Shown piece by piece: positions 23,806-33,166 of a stretch of 64,000 nt of DNA (its first letter is position 1; each line of letters begins with the position of its first letter). This stretch comes from Candidatus Omnitrophota bacterium (lineage in GTDB: Bacteria > Omnitrophota > Gorgyraeia > Gygaellales > Profunditerraquicolaceae), in NCBI GenBank assembly GCA_041651115.1, contig JBAZJY010000001.1, forward strand, positions 581,165-645,164, written 5' to 3'. The translations under genes were made by a program, and so were the position numbers. The notes beneath the pieces were generated by a model, which ran no database searches, was not told where the DNA came from, and saw only the letters and a program-made list of their open reading frames with translations.

Positions 23806-26800
23806 GGCCTAAGCCCTGCAATTCTTTTATCAGAACGTTGAACGATTCCGGGATCCCGTGGGTCAGGCGCTGTTCTCCTTTGACGATCGCCTGATAAATG
23901 TTGTTCCTTCCGGCTACGTCGTCGCTTTTTACGGTAAGCATTTCCTGCAAGGTAAACGCCGCGCCGTATGCCTCAAGCGCCCAAACTTCCATTTCGCCCA
24001 AACGCTGGCCGCCGAACTGCGCTTTGCCGCCTAACGGCTGCTGCGTAACCAGCGAATACGGGCCTATGGAACGGGCATGGATCTTTTCATCAACAAGATG
24101 GATCAGTTTCATAATATAGATATAACCTACGGTTACTTTCTGGTCAAACGCATCGCCGGTATAACCGTCATAAAGGGTGACCTTGCCGTCTTCAGGCAGA
24201 TTTGCCTTGTGCAGCATTTCTTTGATCTCGGCTTCGCTGGCACCGTCAAATACCGGGGTGTCAATGCTAAAACCCAATGCCTTTGCTGCCCAGCCCAAAT
24301 GAGTTTCCAGGATCTGCCCGACGTTCATACGCGAAGGCACGCCTAACGGATTCAGGACTATTTCAATCGGCGTACCATCAGCCATGAACGGCATGTCTTC
24401 CTGCGGCAGGATCCTTGCCACAACGCCCTTGTTTCCGTGCCTTCCGGCGAGCTTATCGCCTTCAGAAAGCTTACGCTTGGTGGCAATATAAACCACTACC
24501 CTCTTTAATACTCCCGGAGGCAATTCGTCCCCGCGCCTGACCTTATCGATTTCCTGCTGCTGTTCAATCAGCAATTCCTGTATCTGCTCGTCAAAGGAAT
24601 TAGCCAGGATCTTTGCCTCTTCGTTATCGCTGAAATCTATCTTTTCCAGCTTCTTTTTATCTACACCCAGGAGTTGGCTCAAGCGGTTGATCTTTTCTGT
24701 CTGCACAAATTCAATTTCCTGCTTATAATACGCCTTGAGTTCCCTGACCTTTGCCAGCTCTTTGCTCTTTTCTTCTTTGGATTTTCTGCCGCGGTCTTTG
24801 CGCGAGAACACGTGCACGTCTACGACCACGCCTTCCACGCCCGGAGGCACGGTTAATGAAGTATCACGAAAATCAGAAGCCTTCTCTCCGAATATGGCGC
24901 GTAAAAGCCTTTCTTCGGGAGGAAGCTCAGACTCGGTCTTAGGAGTAACTTTACCTACGAGGATGTCGCCGGGAGTTACTTCCGCGCCTACGCGCACAAC
25001 GCCGGTCTCATCAAGATTGCGCAGGGATTCTTCGTTAACATTAGGAATGTCACGGGTCACTTCTTCGTTGCCTAAACGGGTTTCCGTAGCTTCAATTTCA
25101 AATTCTTCTATGTGTATAGAGGTCAGGAGATCTTCCTTGACGATCTTTTCGTTGATCAAAATCGCGTCTTCAAAGTTATACCCTCTCCACGGTACAAAAG
25201 CGCAGAGTAAATTCCTTCCCAGGGCAAGTTCGCCGTTCCTTGTCGCGGTGCCGTCGGCAATGACTTCGCCTTCTTCAACATGCTGGCCGACCTTTACCAG
25301 CGGTTTCTGGTTCAGGCAGGTATCGGCATTGGTGCGCATGAATTTTTTCAGGTGATATATGGTCTTGCCGATAACGATTGAAGAGGCATCCACGCTGGTA
25401 ACCTTGCCGGAGGACTTAGCAACAACCACTGTCCCTGAATCACGGGCGACTTTTTCTTCCATTGCCGTTCCGACCACGGGTGATTCGGTGATCATCAACG
25501 GCACTGCCTGCCTTTGCATGTTTGAACCCATCAGCGCGCGGTTTGCGTCATCGTGCTCCAAGAACGGTATCAACGAGGCAGCTACGGAAACCAACTGCTT
25601 GGGGGAAACGTCCATATACTGGACCTGCTTCGGCGGAACTTTGGGGAAGTCGCCTTTAAAACGGCAGGAGATCTCTTTATCTACGAAAGTGCCGTCTGTA
25701 TCAAGCGGGGCGTTGGCCTGGGCAATGATCTTATCTTCTTCAAGGTCAGCGGTAAGATATTCAATCTTCTTGGTAACTCTGCCGTCTTCAACTTTTCTAT
25801 ACGGAGTTTCAATCAAACCCAGGGGATTAACGCGGGCATAAGTGCTTAAAGAGGAAATCAAACCGATATTCGGGCCTTCAGGGGTTTCAATAGGGCAAAC
25901 CCTGCCGTAATGCGACGGATGGATATCGCGCACTTCAAAACCTGCCCTTTCCCGGGATAAACCGCCGGGGCCTAAAGCGCTAAGCCTTCTCTTGTGGGTC
26001 ATTTCTGCCAGGGGATTAACCTGATCCATGAACTGTGAGAGCTGGCTGCGGCCGAAGAAATCGCGGATCTGATTGGATAATAATTTTGAATTTACCAGGT
26101 AATGTATACTTAGATTCCCCAGGTCGCCTAAGATGCTCAAACGCTCCCTGATCGAACGTTCAACGCGCGCAAGGCCGATGCGGATCTGGTTCTGGATCAA
26201 TTCGCCTACGGTCTTGACGCGGCGGTTGCCAAGGTGATCAATGTCGTCGATCTTGCCTTCGCCGTCTTTAAGCCTGATTAAATATTCAATTACCTTAATT
26301 ACGGTTTCGGAATCAAGGATGCGCTTTTCCAGCGAAACATTCAAGCCGAGCTTACGGTTAAGCACGAACCTTCCTGCTCTTTCCAGATCATAACGGGCAG
26401 GGTCAAAGAACAGGCGGTAGAACAGGGTTTCAGCCGATTCCTTGGTAACCGGTTCGGTGGGCCGCATCTTGCGGTAAAAATCAAGATAGGCCTCTTCTTT
26501 ATTTTTGGTGTAGTCTTTTTTTAAGGTATTATGGATTTCCGGGTATTCTTTGCTGAAAGCGGCAAGTATCTCCTGGTCTGTGGAAAACCCGAGGATCCTT
26601 AATAATTGGGTCGCCGGGAAATTCCTGCGCCGGTCAACGTAGGCAAGGATAGTATCTGAAAGGTCATATTTGAATTCAAGCCACGCGCCGCGGTAAGGGA
26701 TAACGCGGCCGTAGTATATTTTCTTTCCTGTAGGATGGCCTTCTTCTTCAAACGACACGCCGGGAGAACGCTGCAACTGGCTGACTACCACGCGTTCGTC

Positions 26801-27181
26801 GCCGTTAATAATGAACGTGCCGGTTTCGGTCATCAACGGGATATCGCCAAAATACGCGTCCTGCTCTTTTGTCTCCTGCGGGGTGGTAATGCGGAACTTT
26901 ACCTTAAGGGAGGCGGCAAAGGTCATACCCCGTTTCTTAGATTCAGCAAGGTCGTATTTCGGTTTTCCCAAAGCATAGCCGATAAACTCCAGCTTTACCG
27001 AACGGTCTACGTTCTCTATGGGAAATATCTCGGTAAAGACCTCTTGCAGGCCCTGAAGTTTTCTTTCCTGCGTAGGAACGTCCATCTGGAGGAACTCCTT
27101 ATACGACTCCAGCTGCAGGTCAAGAAGGTTAGGGAGGCCATAAACTTCCTTCAGCTTTCCAAAACTTTTACGTTTGGGCAT
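23777..27181 (-). CDS. rpoB: DNA-directed RNA polymerase subunit beta
   Basis: 1134 aa with conserved beta-subunit blocks. Confidence 0.97.
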   Translation of the reverse strand: MPKRKSFGKLKEVYGLPNLLDLQLESYKEFLQMDVPTQERKLQGLQEVFTEIFPIENVDRSVKLEFIGYALGKPKYDLAESKKRGMTFAASLKVKFRITTPQETKEQDAYFGDIPLMTETGTFIINGDERVVVSQLQRSPGVSFEEEGHPTGKKIYYGRVIPYRGAWLEFKYDLSDTILAYVDRRRNFPATQLLRILGFSTDQEILAAFSKEYPEIHNTLKKDYTKNKEEAYLDFYRKMRPTEPVTKESAETLFYRLFFDPARYDLERAGRFVLNRKLGLNVSLEKRILDSETVIKVIEYLIRLKDGEGKIDDIDHLGNRRVKTVGELIQNQIRIGLARVERSIRERLSILGDLGNLSIHYLVNSKLLSNQIRDFFGRSQLSQFMDQVNPLAEMTHKRRLSALGPGGLSRERAGFEVRDIHPSHYGRVCPIETPEGPNIGLISSLSTYARVNPLGLIETPYRKVEDGRVTKKIEYLTADLEEDKIIAQANAPLDTDGTFVDKEISCRFKGDFPKVPPKQVQYMDVSPKQLVSVAASLIPFLEHDDANRALMGSNMQRQAVPLMITESPVVGTAMEEKVARDSGTVVVAKSSGKVTSVDASSIVIGKTIYHLKKFMRTNADTCLNQKPLVKVGQHVEEGEVIADGTATRNGELALGRNLLCAFVPWRGYNFEDAILINEKIVKEDLLTSIHIEEFEIEATETRLGNEEVTRDIPNVNEESLRNLDETGVVRVGAEVTPGDILVGKVTPKTESELPPEERLLRAIFGEKASDFRDTSLTVPPGVEGVVVDVHVFSRKDRGRKSKEEKSKELAKVRELKAYYKQEIEFVQTEKINRLSQLLGVDKKKLEKIDFSDNEEAKILANSFDEQIQELLIEQQQEIDKVRRGDELPPGVLKRVVVYIATKRKLSEGDKLAGRHGNKGVVARILPQEDMPFMADGTPIEIVLNPLGVPSRMNVGQILETHLGWAAKALGFSIDTPVFDGASEAEIKEMLHKANLPEDGKVTLYDGYTGDAFDQKVTVGYIYIMKLIHLVDEKIHARSIGPYSLVTQQPLGGKAQFGGQRLGEMEVWALEAYGAAFTLQEMLTVKSDDVAGRNNIYQAIVKGEQRLTHGIPESFNVLIKELQGLGLDIRTEKAK

Positions 27182-27209
27182 TTTTTAATCTATAGTTATG
27201 TTACGGTTA

Positions 27210-27277
27210 TTATCCGCCGCAGGCGGATAAATTCGGGCTTACAATTTAGCTTCGCTATCGCTCGCTAAATTGTGCCC
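27210..27277 (-). promoter_or_regulatory. two-hairpin motif (family 2, copy 1) in the rplL-rpoB intergenic space; candidate attenuator or processing structure
   Basis: GC hairpin CCGCCGCAGGCGG, linker ATAAATTCGG, second hairpin GGGCTTACAATTTAGC-loop TTCGCTATCGCTCGC-GCTAAATTGTGCCC; same architecture at 29386-29454 and 50227-50296. Confidence 0.5.
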
Positions 27278-27281
27278 TCAT

Positions 27282-27671
27282 TTACTTAAGTTCTACGGTT
27301 GCTCCGGCAGCCTCAAGCTTTTTCTTCATTTCTTCAGCTTCTTCTTTTGATACGCCTTCTTTGACCGGCTTGGGCGCTGCGTCAACTAAGTCCTTTGCTT
27401 CCTTAAGGCCTAAGCTGGTGATCGTCCTTACTTCCTTGATCACGGCGATCTTGTTTGCTCCGGCGCTGGCCAGGACAACGTTGAAAGATGTTTTCTCTTC
27501 TGCTGCGGGAGCTGCTGCTCCGCCTGCTCCGCCTGCCGCGGGTGCTGCCATAACCGGCATATTCGCGGATACGCCGAATTTCTCTTCCAGCGCTTTGACT
27601 AAATCTGAAAGCTCCAGCACTGTCATGCCTTCAATTGATTTAATCATTTCTTCCAATTTTGCGGTTGCCAT
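27282..27671 (-). CDS. rplL: 50S ribosomal protein L7/L12
   Basis: 129 aa with Ala/Gly hinge and conserved CTD. Confidence 0.95.
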   Translation of the reverse strand: MATAKLEEMIKSIEGMTVLELSDLVKALEEKFGVSANMPVMAAPAAGGAGGAAAPAAEEKTSFNVVLASAGANKIAVIKEVRTITSLGLKEAKDLVDAAPKPVKEGVSKEEAEEMKKKLEAAGATVELK

Positions 27672-27692
27672 TTTACTACCTCCCTTGTTAGT

Positions 27693-28217
27693 TTAATTTT
27701 TTTTCTGTTTTATCTGATCCAGACAATAAACGAACTTCTTTAACGTCTGGTTTAAGACGATAACAAAACCGGATATCGGGGCATTGAGCGTCATCACTAC
27801 CTGCGCCCTAAGCGTCTCCTTGGAAGGAAGCTTTGCCAGCGCCTCAATGTCCTTTTTTTCAAGGATCTTGTCCTGCAATAAACCGCCCTCAAGCTTGAGC
27901 TGCTCGTGCGCCTTGGCAAATTCGCACAGGAGCTTTGAAGCGGCTACCGGCTCATCCTTAATGAATATAAAACAGCTGGGGCCGTCTATCCTTTTGCTTA
28001 AATCTTCTAACCCGTTTTCTTTTAAAGCGCGGCGGGCAACGCTGTTCTTGGCAACGAACAGGTTCGCCTGCGTATCCTTTAATTTGAGCCTTAAAGTGCT
28101 AAGGTCGGGGCTGGATAAGCCGGAATATTTTACGATAAAGACAGTGCCGGATTCCTTTAACTGGCTCTTAATTCTACTTTCCGATATTTCCTTAACGATC
28201 AGCCCGAGTTTTTTCAT
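27693..28217 (-). CDS. rplJ: 50S ribosomal protein L10
   Basis: 174 aa L10 family; only 2 nt from rplA (no L10 leader region). Confidence 0.9.
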   Translation of the reverse strand: MKKLGLIVKEISESRIKSQLKESGTVFIVKYSGLSSPDLSTLRLKLKDTQANLFVAKNSVARRALKENGLEDLSKRIDGPSCFIFIKDEPVAASKLLCEFAKAHEQLKLEGGLLQDKILEKKDIEALAKLPSKETLRAQVVMTLNAPISGFVIVLNQTLKKFVYCLDQIKQKKN

Positions 28218-28219
28218 AG

Positions 28220-28900
28220 TTAGATTGCCAGCCTGAGGCCGGGGTTCATGCTAGATGAAATAGAAAGCGATTTTACGAATTTTCCTTTTACGGAAGCGGG
28301 TTTAGCTTCAACTAAAGCCTCGATCACACGCGAGGCATTCTCATATAATTTTTCTTCGGCAAACGACACTTTACCGACGGACAAATGCACTCCGCCCTGC
28401 TTGTCAACGCGGAATTCCACCTTGCCGCGGCGCACGTCTTCGATTGCCTTTACGATATCGTTGGTCACGGTGCCGGTCTTGGGGCTGGGCATCAGGCCGC
28501 GCGGACCCAATACCTTACCGAGCTTGCTTAAATCTTTCATCATTTCCGGCGTGGCAATGGCGCAGTCAAAATCAAGAAAACCCGCGGCAACCTTGTCCAT
28601 CAATTCAACGCCTCCCACATAATCCGCCTGCGCTTCCTTTGCCAGTTTTTCATGCTCGCCCTTGCAAAAAACGATAACGCGCACTTTCTTGCCGGTGCCG
28701 TGCGGCAGCACAACCGTGCCGCGGACCATCTGGTCGGACTTTTTAGAGTCAATACTAAGGTTAAAATGCAGATCAATAGAGCCGTCAAACTTCGGCGACG
28801 CCATTTTTTTAAGGACCGGTATCGCGTCTTTTAGTTCGTAGACCTTTTTTATATCAAGGTCTTTTGCGGATGTTTTATACCTCTTGCTGCGCGTCTTCAT
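28220..28900 (-). CDS. rplA: 50S ribosomal protein L1
   Basis: 226 aa L1 family. Confidence 0.95.
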   Translation of the reverse strand: MKTRSKRYKTSAKDLDIKKVYELKDAIPVLKKMASPKFDGSIDLHFNLSIDSKKSDQMVRGTVVLPHGTGKKVRVIVFCKGEHEKLAKEAQADYVGGVELMDKVAAGFLDFDCAIATPEMMKDLSKLGKVLGPRGLMPSPKTGTVTNDIVKAIEDVRRGKVEFRVDKQGGVHLSVGKVSFAEEKLYENASRVIEALVEAKPASVKGKFVKSLSISSSMNPGLRLAI

Positions 28901-28903
28901 AAA

Positions 28904-29344
28904 TTATCCCTCTATGACAATGCCCATGCTTCTGGCTGTGCCCTGGATTATCTTCACCGCTTCTTCCATGCTGGAAGTATTTAAATCCGCCATCTTAAGC
29001 TTGGCGATCTCTTCAACCTGTTTTCTCGTGACTTTACCGATGGTTTCCTTGCCGGCAATGCCTGATGCCTTAGCGAGGTTTGCCGCGCGCTTTAAAAGTA
29101 TGGATGAAGGCGGGCTCTTTATAATAAAGGTAAAGCTTTTATCTTCGTAAACCGTGATTACTGCCGGCAGGATAAGGCCATCCCTGCCCTTGGTCTGGTC
29201 ATTGAATTGCTTACAGAACTGCATAATATTCACGCCGTGCTGGCCCAATGCCGGGCCTACCGGCGGCGCGGGATTTGCCGCTCCCGCGGGGACATGCAAT
29301 TTAATTTGTGCGACTGCTTTCTTTGCCATATTTAATGAGCGCAT
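28904..29344 (-). CDS. rplK: 50S ribosomal protein L11 (likely true start at MAKK Met, about 29329)
   Basis: 146 aa ORF; L11 normally starts MAKK; upstream 5 codons lie in the leader hairpin. Confidence 0.93.
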   Translation of the reverse strand: MRSLNMAKKAVAQIKLHVPAGAANPAPPVGPALGQHGVNIMQFCKQFNDQTKGRDGLILPAVITVYEDKSFTFIIKSPPSSILLKRAANLAKASGIAGKETIGKVTRKQVEEIAKLKMADLNTSSMEEAVKIIQGTARSMGIVIEG

Positions 29345-29454
29345 ACCTTACGGACACACAGTGTTCGTAAGGTATCGCGCGAATTAATCCGCCTGCGGCG
29401 GATAAGTTCGGCCACGCAACTTATGTTCGCTATTCGCTCCATAAGTTGCGGCCT
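29344..29454 (-). promoter_or_regulatory. rplK leader: perfect 15-bp hairpin (29344-29375) plus family-2 two-hairpin motif copy 2 (29386-29454) immediately after nusG stop
   Basis: ATACCTTACGGACAC/GTGTTCGTAAGGTAT hairpin; CCGCCTGCGGCGG, ATAAGTTCGG, GGCCACGCAACTTATG-loop TTCGCTATTCGCTCC-CATAAGTTGCGGCC. Confidence 0.5.
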
Positions 29455-29455
29455 C

Positions 29456-29983
29456 TCATACCTTCTCTACCTGCCAGAACTCCAGTTCTACAGGCGTTGC
29501 CCTGCCGAAGATCGTGACGCTGACTTTTAATTTGCCTTTTTCAGGGTGGATCTCATCTACGGTGCCGTTAAAATTAACAAACGGGCCTTCGGTAACCCTG
29601 ACCTGCTCGCCCCGCTCAAACATGACTTTAGGGCTGGGCTTGATCTGGGTTTCTTCGGTCCGTTTCAGGATACTGTCAACTTCCGTCTGGGGCAGGGGCA
29701 TCGGCCGCTTGCCCTGTCCGATAAAACCGGTGACTCCGGGAGTGGTCTTAACCAACATATAAGTATTTTCGTTATACTCCATCTCTACTAAAAGGTAACC
29801 GGGGAAAAATTTTCTCTGGGAGATCTTTCTTTTGCCGCTGCGGATTTCTGAAACCTGTTCCGTGGGGATGATCACTTTGCTTATCAGTTCCTGCATTCCC
29901 TGGGCGCTGACCCTGCCCTCAAGGGAAGTCTTGACCCTGTCTTCGGAACCTGTTTGAGTATGAACGACGTACCAGTTTTTCAT
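29456..29983 (-). CDS. nusG: transcription termination/antitermination factor NusG
   Basis: 175 aa NGN plus KOW. Confidence 0.95.
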   Translation of the reverse strand: MKNWYVVHTQTGSEDRVKTSLEGRVSAQGMQELISKVIIPTEQVSEIRSGKRKISQRKFFPGYLLVEMEYNENTYMLVKTTPGVTGFIGQGKRPMPLPQTEVDSILKRTEETQIKPSPKVMFERGEQVRVTEGPFVNFNGTVDEIHPEKGKLKVSVTIFGRATPVELEFWQVEKV

Positions 29984-29984
29984 C

Positions 29985-30188
29985 TTACTTGAACACCACG
30001 CTTAATATTTTTGAAAGCAGAAGGTCAACTACGCCGATAAAAACAGCCATAATCGCGGTAGTCGTGATCACTACGGCTGTCGCGCCCATTACTTCCTGCC
30101 GCGTTGACCAGGAAACCTTGCTTAACTCTCCCTTAACTTCGCCTAAGAAACCGGTTAATTTTTTAAACATATCTATCTTTTGTTTCAC
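29985..30188 (-). CDS. secE: preprotein translocase subunit SecE
   Basis: 67 aa single-TM protein upstream of nusG. Confidence 0.85.
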   Translation of the reverse strand: MKQKIDMFKKLTGFLGEVKGELSKVSWSTRQEVMGATAVVITTTAIMAVFIGVVDLLLSKILSVVFK

Positions 30189-30198
30189 TCCTCGTCAA

Positions 30199-30271
30199 CA
30201 GGGGCGGAGGGACTTGAACCCCCAGGACGGGATTTGGAGTCTCGCCGTTTAGCCAATTAACGGACGCCCCT
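30199..30271 (-). tRNA. trnW: tRNA-Trp (anticodon CCA)
   Basis: Manual fold of minus strand: AGGGGCG acceptor, anticodon loop CUCCAAA, T-loop GGTTCAAGTCC; CCA tail not encoded. One A-C mismatch in the anticodon stem. Confidence 0.85.
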
Positions 30272-30317
30272 ATAACTTAGTAAAAACTGGCAGCCAGAAA
30301 TAACTGCCAGCAAAAAA

Positions 30318-30467
30318 TTACTTAATCTCTTTATGTGGGGTATGTTTACGGCAAAACCTGCAAAACTTCTCTAATTCCAGCTTGTCCTGATGCAACTTTT
30401 TGTTCTTTGTACTCGTGTAATTTCTATTTTTGCAAACCGTGCATTCTAAGGCGATGTGTTCACGCAT
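30318..30467 (-). CDS. rpmG: 50S ribosomal protein L33 (Cys-containing form)
   Basis: Manual translation: [49 protein letters not shown] (49 aa); classic position between tRNA-Thr and tRNA-Trp-secE-nusG. Confidence 0.9.
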   Translation of the reverse strand: MREHIALECTVCKNRNYTSTKNKKLHQDKLELEKFCRFCRKHTPHKEIK

Positions 30468-30507
30468 TTCTGATTGTCTCTTTCGGCCCGCCGCCGCTTA
30501 TCTTAAA

Positions 30508-30580
30508 AGCTGGAGACGGGAATTGAACCCGTGACCCCGTCCTTACCAAGGACGTGCTCTACCAACTGAGCTACTCCAGC
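30508..30580 (-). tRNA. trnT: tRNA-Thr (anticodon GGT)
   Basis: Manual fold: GCTGGAG acceptor, D-loop AGTTGGTAGAGC, anticodon loop UUGGUAA, T-loop GGTTCAATTCC, discriminator U. Confidence 0.9.
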
Positions 30581-30801
30581 ATATTCTGCGTCATCGGGTT
30601 TTACTTGTATTTATTCTTTTTACCTTCAGCTTACAAGACAAAAATTCCGCCCCATAAGAATTTTTTGGAAAATTCTTATTTTGTATAGCCTTGAAAAATT
30701 AGAGTTTATCGTCGAAAGGCTATCTGCGGATTTATGTAGAACCTAAAATATACATTATGTTTACGATTTTGTCAACCTTTTTTTTATATATTTTCATAAA
30801 A

Positions 30802-30905
30802 GGGGACGTCCTTCAAGGTACCAGGCTAAACGGATGCAGCCCACTATAAATCAATATGTTGTAACTCATATTTTATAAAAGGGTGGTACCTCAGAGGACG
30901 TCCCC
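30802..30905. repeat. 10-bp inverted repeat GGGGACGTCC / GGACGTCCCC flanking ~84 bp, with internal direct repeats TTTT(C)ATAAAAGGG; followed by a CGTCCCCGTTTA tandem pair that encodes the ksgA C-terminus
   Basis: Seen directly at 30802-30811 and 30896-30905; CGTCCCCGTTTA at 30900-30910 and 30920-30930. Confidence 0.5.
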
Positions 30906-30913
30906 GTTTACGT

Positions 30914-31726
30914 TTATGCGTCCCCGTTTAATGTGTTAACGAGATTTGCGAGGTTGGCGAAATCGGGCAGGCTCATGCGCTCCGGGCGGATATTCTTATC
31001 AATGCCGTATTTCTCAAAAAAGGCCTCCAGTTTTTGCTGCGGAATAATGCCTTTGAGGCTGTTGCGCAGGGTTTTTCTTCTTTGACCGAACCCCGAATGT
31101 ATGATCTTCAAAAACAGCTCTTCATCGTTTACTTTCACTGCCGGTTCCCCTCTCATCTCCAGCTGCAGGAACGAAGAATCAATTTTTGGCGCCGGGTAGA
31201 AACAAGATTTGCTGATCGGGAACAAAATTTTCGGGCTGGTATAATATTGGATAAAACAGCTCAATGACCCGAAGCTCTTACTGCCGGGCACAGAAGCAGC
31301 ACGCAAAGCAAATTCTTTCTGTACCATGATAAATGCCGAACTGATCTTATCCCGGTGTTCAATAAGGCGCTCAATTATCGGGGTCGTGATATAATACGGG
31401 ATATTGCCGACGACTTTGACCTTACCGGAGAGTTTCTTGAAAAATCCGTTAAGATCAAATTTCAAAACGTCTGCCTTCAGGATTTCTATATTATGCAGCT
31501 CCGAAAGGCCGGCTTTCAGAATCTCACAAAGCGACGGATCAATCTCCAGCGCGTAGACAAGTCCGGCCTTGGCGGCAAGTAAACCGGTAATCTCTCCTTT
31601 TCCCGCTCCGATCTCAAGCACCGTATCTGAAGCCGACAGATCACAGGCTGCGGCGATCTTTACGCGGATATTTTTATCAATTAAAAAATTCTGGCCAAGA
31701 CGTTTTTTAGGCCGGGGATTGTTCAT
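30914..31726 (-). CDS. rsmA: 16S rRNA (adenine1518/1519-N6)-dimethyltransferase
   Basis: 270 aa, SAM-binding ALEIGAGKGEITG motif, KsgA family; 20-nt overlap with upstream radical SAM gene. Confidence 0.9.
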   Translation of the reverse strand: MNNPRPKKRLGQNFLIDKNIRVKIAAACDLSASDTVLEIGAGKGEITGLLAAKAGLVYALEIDPSLCEILKAGLSELHNIEILKADVLKFDLNGFFKKLSGKVKVVGNIPYYITTPIIERLIEHRDKISSAFIMVQKEFALRAASVPGSKSFGSLSCFIQYYTSPKILFPISKSCFYPAPKIDSSFLQLEMRGEPAVKVNDEELFLKIIHSGFGQRRKTLRNSLKGIIPQQKLEAFFEKYGIDKNIRPERMSLPDFANLANLVNTLNGDA

Positions 31727-33155
31727 AGTTTTTACGGAGCCGTTTTATGAATTTATCATTATTAAACAATATCAGAAAGCTGGCAATGATCCTTAATCTT
31801 AATATGAAAACGGTTTTTAATATTTTATATAATGGCCGGTGCCCCTTATAGACATGATATCCAAACCAAACGAATCTTTTATTTATCTGCCTTCTGGAAG
31901 CGCCGGGAAAATCTAAAACCGCATGCTGCCTTTCCATATCGTCATTAAGGGGGGTTTTAAGCATGGCCTGCTGGCTGCAAAAATGATGCAAGACGGTTCC
32001 CGGATAAGGACAAAAAATATAAGTATTATACCAATCAGGCAAACACCGGCGGTTTATGCGCACGGTTTCTCTAAACTCGGCAGCTGTCTCTCCCGGGATC
32101 CCCACCATATTATAGAATCCGATTTTTAATTTATGTTTTCTTGCCAGCTTGACCGTATCAATAACATCCTGATTGGAATAATCCCGCTTAAGCACCTCGC
32201 GGCGCAGCTTTTCACTGCCAGATTCCAGGCCGAAATTTATAAGCTCAATATTGCATTTTCTCATCGCCGCAAACAAGCTGTTTAAATCTGCGCCCGGCAC
32301 AATCCTCACATTTGTCCCGAAGGTAAGCGGCTGCTTGAGCGCCGAGTTGAAGGTTTCTAATTTCGCGCATAATTCCATTGCCCACTCTTTATTTACCGCG
32401 ATCGTTTCTACTTCTAAAAATATCTTTCCCTTTATCGGTAATGTTAATGACATCTCCCTTATTTCTTCAATTATATTATCCGGCGACCTGAACCGCACAT
32501 AATTTCCCGGCGCGATTTTCCTTAGCGCGTGGTTACTACAATACGTGCATTGAAAAGGGCAACCCCTGCCTAATATAACCGAATACGTCGTGCCCCTCGG
32601 ACGCGTCCAGGCGTCCCAGATTTGCCTGTCGGGAAACGGCAGTTCGCTGATTTTTTCCAGAAAGGGCCGGGTGTTGTTTTTTTCAATGCCGCCCGGCTGC
32701 TTGATCCAAAGGTTAGGTATCCCGGAAGGCAATCGGCCCTTTTCAAGGCAGGAAACCAACTCAAGCACAGGATACTCGCCCTCGCCAATGCACAAAGCAT
32801 CAAAGGCATCCGATAGGACATTATCCGGATTTAATGAAACATGCGGGCCGCCGATCAGCAAATAAATATTCGGATAACGGCTCTTAATATACCCTGCCAT
32901 GCCTGTGGAGAAAAAATATTCGGAGAAAATAGAAGTAAAACAGATCAACCCGGGCGAGAACTTTTTTACGCAGTTATCAATTAAATCCAGGTTCTTTCTG
33001 CCGGAATACCTGCTTAAAACCAATAATTCGGTTTTATGCCCGTATTCTTTTAATATTGCCGATATGTAGGAAATACCCAGATGGATGGAACTTGCGGCAA
33101 ACGAACTTCCTTTCAGGCTGCAGTATGATAACGGATAGATAAAAAGAACGTTCAT
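31707..33155 (-). CDS. B12-binding domain radical SAM protein (class B radical SAM), unknown substrate
   Basis: 482 aa; N-terminal cobalamin-binding Rossmann-like region, CxxxCxxC cluster motif GRGCPFQCTYCSNH; sits between pdxA and ksgA. Confidence 0.8.
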   Translation of the reverse strand: MNVLFIYPLSYCSLKGSSFAASSIHLGISYISAILKEYGHKTELLVLSRYSGRKNLDLIDNCVKKFSPGLICFTSIFSEYFFSTGMAGYIKSRYPNIYLLIGGPHVSLNPDNVLSDAFDALCIGEGEYPVLELVSCLEKGRLPSGIPNLWIKQPGGIEKNNTRPFLEKISELPFPDRQIWDAWTRPRGTTYSVILGRGCPFQCTYCSNHALRKIAPGNYVRFRSPDNIIEEIREMSLTLPIKGKIFLEVETIAVNKEWAMELCAKLETFNSALKQPLTFGTNVRIVPGADLNSLFAAMRKCNIELINFGLESGSEKLRREVLKRDYSNQDVIDTVKLARKHKLKIGFYNMVGIPGETAAEFRETVRINRRCLPDWYNTYIFCPYPGTVLHHFCSQQAMLKTPLNDDMERQHAVLDFPGASRRQINKRFVWFGYHVYKGHRPLYKILKTVFILRLRIIASFLILFNNDKFIKRLRKNYEQSPA

Positions 33156-33166
33156 CGGTTAATCCT

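Noticed and set aside
24735-25355. 206-aa Ser/Thr-rich plus-strand ORF, and the many other 60-170-aa ORFs antisense to rpoB, rpoC, fusA, secDF, cobQ and other genes
   Set aside because: All are shadow ORFs opposite well-supported minus-strand genes. None sits in an intergenic gap.
30335-30526. 63-aa plus-strand ORF between the two tRNAs
   Set aside because: It is antisense to the manually identified rpmG (L33) gene.
30586-30660. Candidate promoter TTGTAA-17-TAAATA for the tRNA-Thr/rpmG/tRNA-Trp/secE/nusG unit
   Set aside because: Both hexamers are weak and several alternatives exist in this AT-rich stretch. It cannot be distinguished without TSS data, so it is not listed as a feature.
30815-30845. 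Possible SRP (4.5S) RNA domain IV resemblance (ACCAGG...GGATGCAGCC)
   Set aside because: Only 6 nt separate the two conserved-looking halves, so the helix-8 hairpin with a GNRA tetraloop cannot form. There is no flanking helix 5 pairing. Likely coincidental.
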